In this document: in pieces, positions 9,397 to 18,758 of the stretch
Position numbering within the stretch: the first letter of the stretch is position 1
Layout of the letters: each line of letters starts with the position of its first letter
Source of the DNA: Candidatus Bathyarchaeia archaeon
GTDB taxonomy: Archaea; Thermoproteota; Bathyarchaeia; Bathyarchaeales; Bathycorpusculaceae
NCBI GenBank assembly: GCA_050015395.1
Contig: JBEKBM010000006.1
Location: forward strand, 1 to 64,000
Direction of reading: 5' to 3'
Length of the DNA stretch: 64,000 nt
Made by a program: the position numbers and the translations under genes
Notes under the pieces: model-generated
The model's database searches: none
What the model was told of the DNA's origin: nothing
Seen by the model: only the letters and a program-made list of their open reading frames with translations

Positions 9397-9813
9397 TTAT
9401 TTTGGAGCATCAGACGCATTAGGAGCATTAGTGGTACCAGCATAGCCAGTTGAAAACGGTGCTTGAAATTTGCCAATGTTCTCTCTGATGAGTCCGTAGG
9501 CTTTTTCTGCTTCGGAGTTAGGCAAATCGCCCAATGCTAGCGGCTCTCCGCCGAGCCTAAGTGTACATTTGATTGTTGACCGCAATACGCCTTTGTCCAA
9601 CACCACGTTTGCTATGTCCCGGTAATTGTAATCGGTGTAATCCTTCTTTAAACCGAGTGCGTGAGGGTGTCGCAGAATTATACGTTCGTTTGTAAAGACT
9701 ACAGAGTCAATGTTAATCTGAGGATGGTAGATTTTCTGCTTAATATATAACTCAACCTTCTCGTTTGGACTAAGAATTTTCGCTATGTCATCAGGAGCAT
9801 CCATAACTCTCAA
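9397..9813 (-). CDS. Bacterial-type PH domain (bPH_3/YokE-like) protein
   Basis: ILSPNEKVELYIKQK...VVFTNERIIL...DYNYRDIANVVLDKGVLRSTI. Confidence 0.8.
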   Translation of the reverse strand: MRVMDAPDDIAKILSPNEKVELYIKQKIYHPQINIDSVVFTNERIILRHPHALGLKKDYTDYNYRDIANVVLDKGVLRSTIKCTLRLGGEPLALGDLPNSEAEKAYGLIRENIGKFQAPFSTGYAGTTNAPNASDAPK

Positions 9814-9954
9814 CCTTAAAAGAGCATTCTTAACTGTACAATTATGACCAGGTGAGGGGATAAATAGCTATGTGACTGCGAGGCTACAGATACAAGCGGA
9901 CTGTAAATTATTTCGTTACCAAATGCAGGCATGCGCACCTAAACGGCCTTTTTG

Positions 9955-10092
9955 CTATCGTCTAATTTTCCCTGCTCCATCACATTTTGAGCAGCGTTTT
10001 CTAGAATCCCCAGTACCTATTGTACCCTTACCATGGCATTCAGGACACGTGACTAGCCAATCTTCATCACGCTCATAATACCTTCCGGACAT
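9955..10092 (-). CDS. Small DnaJ-type zinc-finger protein (45 aa, not in ORF track)
   Basis: MSGRYYERDEDWLVTCPECHGKG...RCSKCDGAGKIRR has two CxxCxGxG motifs; GGTGA upstream of ATG. Confidence 0.72.
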   Translation of the reverse strand: MSGRYYERDEDWLVTCPECHGKGTIGTGDSRKRCSKCDGAGKIRR

Positions 10093-10342
10093 GAATTCAC
10101 CCTGTTTAATAGTCCTCTGGACCAACACTTTCCAATTTCTCTTTATCTATTTCCTAATATTTAGCTATTCCCCGCATGCTTAAATTTTTTGCAAGTTTGT
10201 TAGGTTTATAGCCTTCTTTTGCACGTTATCGAAATAGGAATCCTTTTTAAACTGAAATATGCGCTAGCAAGATATTTCGATTTGTTCTCGGCTTCTAGAA
10301 AAAGAGTTAAATTACTTGTATGTTAAAGCAGAATAAGGTATT

Positions 10343-12379
10343 TTGATGAGTGGTCTTGAAAACCGATTGATCCGCCTGCTGAGAAGCGATTCGTACCTCG
10401 CGCCGTTTTCTGAACAGATTCAACAACGGTTGGAGCGTATCGAAGAGACAGAGCAGCGTCTCACACAGGGGAAAATGAGCCTTGCAGAGTTTGCGTCTGG
10501 CCACGAATATTTCGGTCTACATTTTCAACGAGGCGAATGGGTTTTCCGTGAATGGGCGCCAAATGCAACGGCGATTTACCTTATAGGAGACATGAGTAAA
10601 TGGCAAGAGCAAAGAGAATTTGAGCTGGAAAAGATTAACGACTACGGTGTCTGGGAAATTCACCTGACCGCCGACAAATTGGCGCATGGTAATCTGTTTC
10701 GACTCCGCATTCATTGGGCAGGGGGCGAAGGTGATCGCATTCCAGCCTATGCTCGACGAGTTGTTCAAGATCCCAAAACTTTGATTTTCAACGCCCAAGT
10801 ATGGTCACCACCAGAGTCGTATCAGTGGAAAACCGATTTCAAACGACCTAAAGAAGCTCCATTAATCTATGAAGCGCATATCGGTATGGCACAGGAAGAA
10901 GAAAAAATCGGTTCCTTCCGTGAATTTACTCTTGGAGTGCTTCCGCGAATCGCCAATGCCGGTTACAACACGTTACAGTTAATGGCCATTCAAGAACATC
11001 CCTACTACGGATCATTTGGATATCAGGTATCAAGCTTTTTCGCCCCTTCATCGCGATACGGGACGCCCGAGGATTTGAAACTCCTGATTGACACGGCTCA
11101 CGCCCAAGGACTCACCGTTTTCATGGATCTGACCCATTCCCACTCCGTGTCCAACGAAGTGGAGGGATTGAGCCGCTTCGACGGGACACTATTTCAGTAT
11201 TTTCATGACGGCCCGCGCGGAAAACACAAGGCATGGGATTCACGTTGCTTCGATTACGACAAACCTCAGGTTTTGCATTTTTTACTTTCCAATTGCCGAT
11301 ACTGGCTAGACGAATTCCACTTTGACGGCTTTCGGTTCGACGGCGTCACCAGCATGCTTTACCTTGAACACGGTCTTAGAAGAGTGTTCACTTCATACAA
11401 CGATTACTTCGATGGCAGCGTGGATGAAGATGCCTTGACCTATTTGGCTCTGGCCAACCGAGTGATTCATGATATCCGACCTGGCGCCGTCACCATAGCC
11501 GAAGATGTCAGCGGCATGCCAGGTTTGGCCGTTTCCCAGTCAGAGGGCGGGTTCGGTTTTGACTATCGCTTTGCAATGGGAGTGCCTGATTACTGGATCC
11601 GTCTAATAAAAGATTTCAAAGATGAGGACTGGCCCATCGGTCATCTTTGGTTTGAACTTACCAACCGCAGGACAGATGAGAAAACCATTAGTTACGTCGA
11701 ATCTCACGACCAGGCGTTAGTGGGAGACCAGACACTTATTTTCCGACTGATCGGTGAAGACATGTACCATCACATGTGGATCGATGATGACAACTCAAAG
11801 GTCGCCCGTGGAATAGCGTTGCACAAGATGATCCGTTTGATAACCCTGTGCACGGCCAGCCACGGTTATCTAAACTTTATGGGCAATGAATTCGGCCACC
11901 CGGACTGGATAGATTTTCCTCGCGAGGGAAACAACTGGTCATTCAAGCATGCTCGTCGACAATGGCATCTCGCAGACGACGTTCACCTGAAGTATCATTT
12001 GCTAGCCCGATTCGACCGCGACATGATTGCACTTGTCAAGACACAGCACCTTCTTGAAGCATCCATCCCACAACTACTGCATGAAGATTCCAAGAAAAAA
12101 GTAATCATCTTCAAAAGGGCTGATCTGATTTTTGCCTTCAATTTTAATCCCTATCAATCCTTTACTGATTATCGATTTGAAGCTCCCCCTGGAAAATACC
12201 GGATGATCCTAGACTGTGATGCACCAAAGTACGGCGGACACGGTCGGCTGTTACCGCAGCAGACCCACTTCACTATTGTGGACAATACTGGAGCAAAAAG
12301 TCAAGATGTGCTCAGCCTCTATCTGCCAGCTCGCTCCGCTTTTGTCCTATGCCCGACCATAGAAGACCCCCAACCATGA
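10343..12379 (+). CDS. glgB: 1,4-alpha-glucan branching enzyme (GH13)
   Basis: FREWAPNA, LMAIQEHPYYGSFGYQV, GFRFDGVTSM, IAEDVSG, YVESHDQALVGD, LNFMGNEFGHP. Confidence 0.96.
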   Translation: MMSGLENRLIRLLRSDSYLAPFSEQIQQRLERIEETEQRLTQGKMSLAEFASGHEYFGLHFQRGEWVFREWAPNATAIYLIGDMSKWQEQREFELEKINDYGVWEIHLTADKLAHGNLFRLRIHWAGGEGDRIPAYARRVVQDPKTLIFNAQVWSPPESYQWKTDFKRPKEAPLIYEAHIGMAQEEEKIGSFREFTLGVLPRIANAGYNTLQLMAIQEHPYYGSFGYQVSSFFAPSSRYGTPEDLKLLIDTAHAQGLTVFMDLTHSHSVSNEVEGLSRFDGTLFQYFHDGPRGKHKAWDSRCFDYDKPQVLHFLLSNCRYWLDEFHFDGFRFDGVTSMLYLEHGLRRVFTSYNDYFDGSVDEDALTYLALANRVIHDIRPGAVTIAEDVSGMPGLAVSQSEGGFGFDYRFAMGVPDYWIRLIKDFKDEDWPIGHLWFELTNRRTDEKTISYVESHDQALVGDQTLIFRLIGEDMYHHMWIDDDNSKVARGIALHKMIRLITLCTASHGYLNFMGNEFGHPDWIDFPREGNNWSFKHARRQWHLADDVHLKYHLLARFDRDMIALVKTQHLLEASIPQLLHEDSKKKVIIFKRADLIFAFNFNPYQSFTDYRFEAPPGKYRMILDCDAPKYGGHGRLLPQQTHFTIVDNTGAKSQDVLSLYLPARSAFVLCPTIEDPQP

Positions 12380-12534
12380 ACATTCCCCAAACAGAGAAAA
12401 AGAGAAGAGCAAAAATCTGGGATTACCTGCAACACCGCAGATTCACTGAGCATGTTAGTAGCATGTAAGAGAGGCTTTATCAGTTAGCAGCTTTACTATT
12501 AGCTGAAATATCATCCTCATAGGAAACCGAAAAA

Positions 12535-14211
12535 GTGGTTGAGCCAGAAGTATACTTGATGAGACAGAAAATTGCCTACTTTTCAATGGAAATTGGGCTG
12601 TCGAACAACATTCACACATACAACGGCGGTTTAGGAATTCTCGCAGGAGACACGATAAAATCAAGTGCAGATCTGAAAGTTCCTCTGGTGGGAATAACGT
12701 TGGTTAGCAAGAAAGGACATTTCAGGCAAGAGATAACCAGCGATGGAAAACAAGTAGAACATCCCGACCCGTGGGAACCCTCAGAACATATGCAGCTGCT
12801 TTCCACAGAGGTGAAAGTGCAAATTCAGAAAAGAGATGTAACAATCAAGCCCTGGCTTTACACGGTGAAGAGCCAAACAGGCGGGGTTGTTTCTGTCTAC
12901 TTTCTCGACACCGATATTGAAGGAAACAATCCTGAGGACAGGGAGATTACTTCCTTTTTGTATGGCGGGGATGAAAGATACCGCCTCAAGCAAGAGATTG
13001 TTCTGGGAATCGGCGGAGTAAGAATACTGGACGCCTTGGGTTTAAACGTTCGAAAATACCACATGAACGAGGGCCATTCCAGCCTCCTTGCTCTTGAGCT
13101 GCTGCAAAAAAATGGAATGAACATCGACAAGGTCAGAAGTTTATGCGTGTTCACCACGCACACTCCTATCGACGCAGGGCACGACAAGTTCTCCTACGAG
13201 CTGATTCGAGAAGTGCTAGGAGAACCCGTACCCCTCGATGTCCTGAAAAAACTCGGCGGGCAAGAAAGGTTGAACATGACGCTTCTCGCCCTCAACCTAA
13301 GCAATTATCATAATGGTGTAGCCAAGAGACACCGAGACTCTGCAAGAGCGATGTTCCCAGGATATGAAATTCGCGCCATCACAAATGGCGTCCATTCGTA
13401 CACTTGGACCTGCGAGAGCTTCAGGAACCTGTATGACAAATACTTTCCAGGATGGGCAAACGAACCTGACTTGCTTGAAAGAGCAGACGGGATCCTCGAT
13501 GAAGATGTTTGGCGAGCCCATGGGGAAGGAAAGAAGGTGCTGATTGACCACGTCAACAAGATAACAAATGCCGGTTTGGACTATGACACTTTGACGGTGG
13601 GATTTGCGCGAAGAGCAACCGGTTATAAAAGGGCGGATTTATTGTTTTCAGACCTGGAAAAACTGAAAAGGGCAAATGGAAAAGGCAGGATCCAGTTGAT
13701 CTTTTCTGGAAAAGCCCATCCCAGAGATGACTCTGGCAGGAAACTGATCGAACAGATATTTGGCTGCACGCAGGAGCTGAAGGGCGAGATCAAGATTGTT
13801 TATCTGGCGAATTATGACATGGACCTCTCGGCCAAATTGGTTTCGGGGGTTGATGTCTGGCTAAATACTCCTCTGCGGCCCTTAGAGGCCTCGGGCACAA
13901 GTGGAATGAAGGCAGCCCACAACGGTGTAATAAACTTCGGCGTCTTGGACGGCTGGTGGATCGAAGGTTGGATCGAGGGCGTTACAGGTTGGGCAATAGG
14001 ACCACGCCCGAACGAGAATTTTTCAGTGGAAGAATGCCGCAGAAGAGAACTGGATGATCTCTACAATAAGCTAGAAAACGTAATTGTTCCGATGTTCTAT
14101 AGCAGGAGAAGCGAGTGGATAGAGATGATGAAAAATTCAATTGGGAAAATCGCTTACCACTTTAACAGCCATAGAATGGTGCAAAGTTACGCAACTGAGG
14201 CTTACCTATGA
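12535..14211 (+). CDS. glgP: Alpha-glucan (glycogen) phosphorylase, GT35 short type
   Basis: YFSMEIGL..GGLGILAGD, HMNEGH, FARRATGYKR, EASGTSGMKA (PLP lysine). Confidence 0.96.
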   Translation: MVEPEVYLMRQKIAYFSMEIGLSNNIHTYNGGLGILAGDTIKSSADLKVPLVGITLVSKKGHFRQEITSDGKQVEHPDPWEPSEHMQLLSTEVKVQIQKRDVTIKPWLYTVKSQTGGVVSVYFLDTDIEGNNPEDREITSFLYGGDERYRLKQEIVLGIGGVRILDALGLNVRKYHMNEGHSSLLALELLQKNGMNIDKVRSLCVFTTHTPIDAGHDKFSYELIREVLGEPVPLDVLKKLGGQERLNMTLLALNLSNYHNGVAKRHRDSARAMFPGYEIRAITNGVHSYTWTCESFRNLYDKYFPGWANEPDLLERADGILDEDVWRAHGEGKKVLIDHVNKITNAGLDYDTLTVGFARRATGYKRADLLFSDLEKLKRANGKGRIQLIFSGKAHPRDDSGRKLIEQIFGCTQELKGEIKIVYLANYDMDLSAKLVSGVDVWLNTPLRPLEASGTSGMKAAHNGVINFGVLDGWWIEGWIEGVTGWAIGPRPNENFSVEECRRRELDDLYNKLENVIVPMFYSRRSEWIEMMKNSIGKIAYHFNSHRMVQSYATEAYL

Positions 14212-14368
14212 TTAAAATTGGGGCTAAATCAACACCTTAGCAAACACCCTCGCTATCCCAAAAAGCGATCGATAGTCTTCGGAATCAGTCTTCCCACTCA
14301 AATGTCCTCTCTTGCTCCAGTCGCTCTGCCTTGGTTGATGTTTTAAGCATATGAGGCATGGGTCTCGC

Positions 14369-15400
14369 CTAGCCGAAGAATGTTGCTGCTATTTCGTAGA
14401 GCTTAGAATCAACCGTTTTCTGTTTACCGATAACGTCTTTCAAAGGCACGGAGACTATGACGTTTCCTTGGATGGCAACCATCTGGCCGAATCTGCCCTC
14501 GTGCACTAGGTCAATCGCAGCGATTCCAAATCGGGTAGCTAAAACTCTGTCAAACGCGTTCGGAGATCCACCGCGTTGAAGATGGCCCAGAACCACTGCC
14601 CTAGTTTCAATGTTTTCGAATCTCTTCTCTATTTCCTTTCCTATGTAGTAACCCACGCCGCCAAACCTTACGTGCCCAAACTCGTCTACCCCGCTACTAT
14701 AAACGATCTCTTCGCCCCCCTTTGGTTTGGCGCCCTCAGCGGCGACAACTATGCTGAAGTTCCTACCGCGTTTTTGCCTCCTTTTGATGCATTCGCAGAC
14801 TTCTTCAATGTCAAAGGGCTTCTCAGGAATCAGAATGACATCTGCCCCTCCAGCAATCCCTGCCTCCAAGGCGATCCAACCGGTGTATCTGCCCATAACT
14901 TCAAGGATTATCACCCTGTGATGCGATTCTGCCGTGGTATGAAGCCTGTCAAGTGCTTCACAGGCAATTGCAACCGCCGTTTGATAACCAAAGGTATAGT
15001 CCGTGCCAACTAGGTCGTTGTCGATCGTTTTGGGAACTCCGACGACGGGCAACCCCATTTCGTATAGTTTATAGGCTACGCCAAGCGTATCCTCTCCGCC
15101 TATTGCGATAACCGCATCAATGCCGTGCTCGGAAACGTTTCTCAAAATATACTTTGCTCCGTCTTCGCTTTTGAACGGATTAGTCCTCGACGTGCCCAGT
15201 ATTGACCCTCCCTTGGGAAGCATGCCAACGAGGGCCTCCAAGTCTAACGGGATGAATTCACCTTCGACTAATCCTCTCCAGCCGTCTTTAATGCCTACAG
15301 TTTCATATCCGTAGTCTTGAATTGCCTTTCTAACGATGGCTCTCAGGACGGCGTTGATCCCAGGCGCGTCTCCCCCGCCGCTCAATATACCAACTTTTAT
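14369..15400 (-). CDS. pfkA: PfkA-family 6-phosphofructokinase (probable ATA start)
   Basis: KVGILSGGGDAPGINAV, GGEDT, PKTIDND, EVMGR, LGHLQRGG. Confidence 0.95.
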   Translation of the reverse strand: MKVGILSGGGDAPGINAVLRAIVRKAIQDYGYETVGIKDGWRGLVEGEFIPLDLEALVGMLPKGGSILGTSRTNPFKSEDGAKYILRNVSEHGIDAVIAIGGEDTLGVAYKLYEMGLPVVGVPKTIDNDLVGTDYTFGYQTAVAIACEALDRLHTTAESHHRVIILEVMGRYTGWIALEAGIAGGADVILIPEKPFDIEEVCECIKRRQKRGRNFSIVVAAEGAKPKGGEEIVYSSGVDEFGHVRFGGVGYYIGKEIEKRFENIETRAVVLGHLQRGGSPNAFDRVLATRFGIAAIDLVHEGRFGQMVAIQGNVIVSVPLKDVIGKQKTVDSKLYEIAATFFG

Positions 15401-15691
15401 CTTAACTTCTCCCCCTAGCTACTAGCATTTCTGCCTCTTTAACAAAGTGTAGCTTGCTACTATTATAGATAGGAGTCGCTGGACATTAATTCAATGAGTC
15501 ATGAGTACGAAAATTGGATTTGAACATTTTTTGGATAATGGGTTCCCGTCAGACCCACCGTAGGCATCTTGTTACTACGAGTAAGTACTTGTCCTCAAAA
15601 AATGACGGAATTCACGGGAGAAATAAGCTGGAGTTGGGGTTAATCCTTTCTTTCGAGGAATATTCCCGGAGTATTCACAAGGTTGAAACGG

Positions 15692-15916
15692 TTATTGATA
15701 GATTTTATGCCTGTCACTTGTTTCTTTGCTCACTCTGATTTTTCCTAAACCACCGTTGTGTGCGCTCAACACAAATTGCAGCGTACTTTCCTTGAAAAAT
15801 TCTCTAAATTGATTTCCACATTTAGTACACTTATACATCTTAACTCGGAATCGCCCAAAGTTCCATTCCTTATCAGGTTCTTTCACATGGGCTGTACAAT
15901 TTGGACATTTCGGCAT
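15692..15916 (-). CDS. Cren7-like zinc-ribbon protein
   Basis: MPKCPNC...KEWNFGRFRVKMYKCTKCGNQFRE parallels the Cren7 at 54828..54998. Confidence 0.65.
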   Translation of the reverse strand: MPKCPNCTAHVKEPDKEWNFGRFRVKMYKCTKCGNQFREFFKESTLQFVLSAHNGGLGKIRVSKETSDRHKIYQ

Positions 15917-16050
15917 AACTTTCAATTTATCAGGCTAAAGGGCAAAATGACTATATATAACCATTTTTAGACGCTAATTCTAAAGCCTCAATTTTCTTCT
16001 CAGCGGAAGGTAATTCGAACCTGAGTGACGAATTTAGAGTACAAGCCGTC

Positions 16051-16248
16051 TTATCCTCTGTTAGGGGCAAATTTGAATTGTCGTCTTTGTTTTTTTCCGC
16101 GAGACCTGCGTGGCCCTGTTTCCGTTTCGTTGAGCTTCGCATTTACTTTTTTGTTCTTCTCACCCGTGTATCGTTTCACTTCTTTTACGGGAGATGTTTG
16201 GGGCTTTGTTTCTTGCTCTCTAGTCTTCACACTTTCTTTTTCACTTAT
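16051..16248 (-). CDS. Small basic hypothetical protein (65 aa from ATA, or 59 aa from GTG)
   Basis: GAGGTGA 6 nt before ATA; open frame SEKESVKTREQETKPQ...RRQFKFAPNRG. Confidence 0.5.
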   Translation of the reverse strand: MSEKESVKTREQETKPQTSPVKEVKRYTGEKNKKVNAKLNETETGPRRSRGKKQRRQFKFAPNRG

Positions 16249-16331
16249 GTTCTTTCACCTCAGTTATTCGGGTTTTCTATTTTTGGAACAAAATAGTTAG
16301 TGAAAATAATGCACTTTTAGAACTGGACCCG

Positions 16332-16640
16332 TTAAGGCTTTAGTTCTCTATCTTCACTGTAGTCTCTGTCCTCATGGACTTCCTCTTCAGCTTCGTCTTC
16401 GTTTTCTTCTTCAGCCTCGCTTGCTTCTTCGCCTTCAGCATTTGCTCTATCTTCAGCTTCACCTTTTGGCGGATAAGCCTTATCCAACCAAACTTCAAAC
16501 TGTATCTTGCTTTCAGAGCTAGAAAAAGCCCATTCACACAATCCATTAATGACCTTGCTAACGTCAATTTCGTGGTCGTCAGCTAAACGTTTCAAAAACT
16601 CTTCCCAATTTGCAGGTAAAGACACTGTAAAACTACCCAT
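16332..16640 (-). CDS. Ribbon-helix-helix-like protein with acidic tail
   Basis: MGSFTVSLP..WEEFLKRLA......VSKVI (beta-alpha-alpha) followed by an Asp/Glu-rich C-terminus. Confidence 0.6.
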   Translation of the reverse strand: MGSFTVSLPANWEEFLKRLADDHEIDVSKVINGLCEWAFSSSESKIQFEVWLDKAYPPKGEAEDRANAEGEEASEAEEENEDEAEEEVHEDRDYSEDRELKP

Positions 16641-16856
16641 GTAAAAACGATCTCCATTATCATGTTACTGCCAAGTTATATTTAAGCTTCAAATGCACTT
16701 GAGAATTCTACGCTTAGGACTTTTACTTTAGTCCCCTTTTAATCAGTGATGCCCCAAAGTCTCTAAAAGATCAAAATAAAACTGCTCGAAAAGTCAGCGA
16801 TGACCTAATTCAATTTACCTTTATTGCCAATTAACGAAGGGACACCAGAAATGTTT

Positions 16857-17009
16857 CTACCTTTGCTCTTTTAACAATTGCAGCCGGTTGGCAACTTCTT
16901 TAGAAATTTTTTCTAAACCTACCGCTAAATCTTCACGGTCGACTTCGTCTAAAGGGTACCATTTTCCTTCCTTATCGATGAACACAAGTTCCAATTTTCT
17001 ATTAACCAT
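16857..17009 (-). CDS. Small hypothetical protein (50 aa, not in ORF track)
   Basis: AAGGTGG RBS; MVNRKLELVFIDKEGKWYPLDEVDREDLAVGLEKISKEVANRLQLLKEQR. Confidence 0.6.
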   Translation of the reverse strand: MVNRKLELVFIDKEGKWYPLDEVDREDLAVGLEKISKEVANRLQLLKEQR

Positions 17010-17253
17010 TATTTCCACCTTATTAATCAAATGCTTATTTGTTCACGAACCGCTTAAACTTTTCTTGCCCATTGCCATCAAACGGGTAAACGTAACTTGC
17101 TTGGGATGACCATTCTAAAAAGGGACTTTCCAGCTAGATGGCCCATATGACACCTTCCGGAGGGTGTTCGAGGCTAACTGGCTTTCCCTGCGCCTTTTAC
17201 CTATGCGTTCTTAAAATATTGTTATTGGGATTGAGGAGGGGCGACTTCATTCT

Positions 17254-17397
17254 TTATTCTTTTTTGTCGATCCATGTTTTAACTGCTTCTTGGACAGCTC
17301 GGGATAAGTCGCCTTTTTTACCCCCGAATCTTTCTACGGTTTTTAATCTTAACTGCTTTTCTAGCTCGTCTAATAGATCAACATTGATACGGCCCAT
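17254..17397 (-). CDS. Ribbon-helix-helix (CopG/Arc-like) regulator (47 aa, not in ORF track)
   Basis: MGRINVDLLDELEKQLRLKTVERFGGKKGDLSRAVQEAVKTWI. Confidence 0.78.
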   Translation of the reverse strand: MGRINVDLLDELEKQLRLKTVERFGGKKGDLSRAVQEAVKTWIDKKE

Positions 17398-17792
17398 TTC
17401 AGTCACTTATTTTATTGCACGCTTTGCGTGTCATATATTTTTAAAATAAGCGAATCGCCAATTTCCATATTTCGCGTTTATTTTCGTCGTTTTTTTCGCC
17501 TGATTCACTTATTCACATAATATATTATATGCATAGGTACTTATAAGTATATGTGTTTAAGTAGCTAATGATTTAGGTGTGTAAGTTCAGGTGTGTAAGT
17601 GTGATCGTGCTTTTTCCAGCTTTAATCTGGTTGTTAGCATAAGTGTTTATAATTTCCTTTTTTTACGTAGGATTGAGGCTTTTAGATTGCCAGTGCTCAT
17701 GTGAGCTTATCCGATATTGTTTAGTATCGTTTAGCTATTATTTTAGACGATACGATATATTTTTATATCGTTTATTTGATTAATAGGGTGCC

Positions 17793-18758
17793 ATGAATCT
17801 CATAGATGAAAAAATTCACCAGAGAATACTTACAAAAAAAACGCAACTAGATAGTCATAGACCTTTGTCAGACGCTGTCCTGAACAGATTACATAGGAAC
17901 ATAGAGATTGAGTACACCTATAACTCGAATGCCATTGAAGGAAACAGGTTAACGTTAAGGGAAACCCAACTTGTTATTAGAGAAGGCATAACAATAAACG
18001 GAAAAAGCCTCAGCGACCACTTGGAGGCAAAAAACCACCCCAAAGCAATCGAGTACATAGAGAGTTTAGCAAAGCAAAAGGACATAGCGAGAACTCTTGA
18101 GGAAAAAGATATTCTGAAAGTTCATGAACTAATCTTTTCAGGGATACTTGAAAACGCTGGAAACTATAGGAATTGCCAAGTCTACATTGAAGGCTGTGAT
18201 TATGCACCACCTTCCGCGTGCGAAATACCTGACCTAATGAAGCAACTGCTAGAGTGGTTGAACAAGAATCCAGAAGAACTGCGACCGATAGAACTGGCTG
18301 CGGTTTTTCATCATAAACTAGTTTCAATTCATCCTTTTGATGATGGCAATGGACGAGTAAGCAGACTGCTGATGAATCTGCTTCTAATTAACAGCGGTTA
18401 TACCTTGACGGTGATAAAAAAGGTTGATCGAAAAAAATATTACGACACTCTCCAGAAAGCTGACAACGGCAATCTAAAACCGTTTGTAAATTTCATAGCA
18501 CGCTGTGTGGAACAATCTCTTGATATCTACTTAAAAGCCATTGAGCCAAGTACGGAAAAAAACCGCCTTATGAGTTTAGCTGAAGCTTCAAAGTTGACTC
18601 CATACAGCAAAGAATACTTAAGTCTACTCGCTAGGAAAGGAATGATAAGTGCTACAAAGATCGGAAGAAACTGGCATATAACCCAAGAGGCTTTGGAGCA
18701 ATACCTGGCGAAGACAAGTTTGAATAAACAAAAAAGGAAGCAGCTTCAGCCTTTATAA
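17793..18758 (+). CDS. Fic-domain AMPylase with C-terminal HTH_17 domain
   Basis: HPFDDGNGRVSR catalytic motif, N-terminal inhibitory SNAIEGN, C-terminal MSLAEASK...YLSLLARKG...KIGRNWHI. Confidence 0.93.
   Translation: MNLIDEKIHQRILTKKTQLDSHRPLSDAVLNRLHRNIEIEYTYNSNAIEGNRLTLRETQLVIREGITINGKSLSDHLEAKNHPKAIEYIESLAKQKDIARTLEEKDILKVHELIFSGILENAGNYRNCQVYIEGCDYAPPSACEIPDLMKQLLEWLNKNPEELRPIELAAVFHHKLVSIHPFDDGNGRVSRLLMNLLLINSGYTLTVIKKVDRKKYYDTLQKADNGNLKPFVNFIARCVEQSLDIYLKAIEPSTEKNRLMSLAEASKLTPYSKEYLSLLARKGMISATKIGRNWHITQEALEQYLAKTSLNKQKRKQLQPL

Noticed and set aside
16005-16030. tRNA fragment (GGTTCGAAT on the minus strand) as an integration site
   Set aside because: No T-stem pairing or acceptor stem around it
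16025-17449. Plus-strand hydrophobic ORFs listed in the track
   Set aside because: Antisense shadows of small minus-strand genes that have RBSs and recognisable folds
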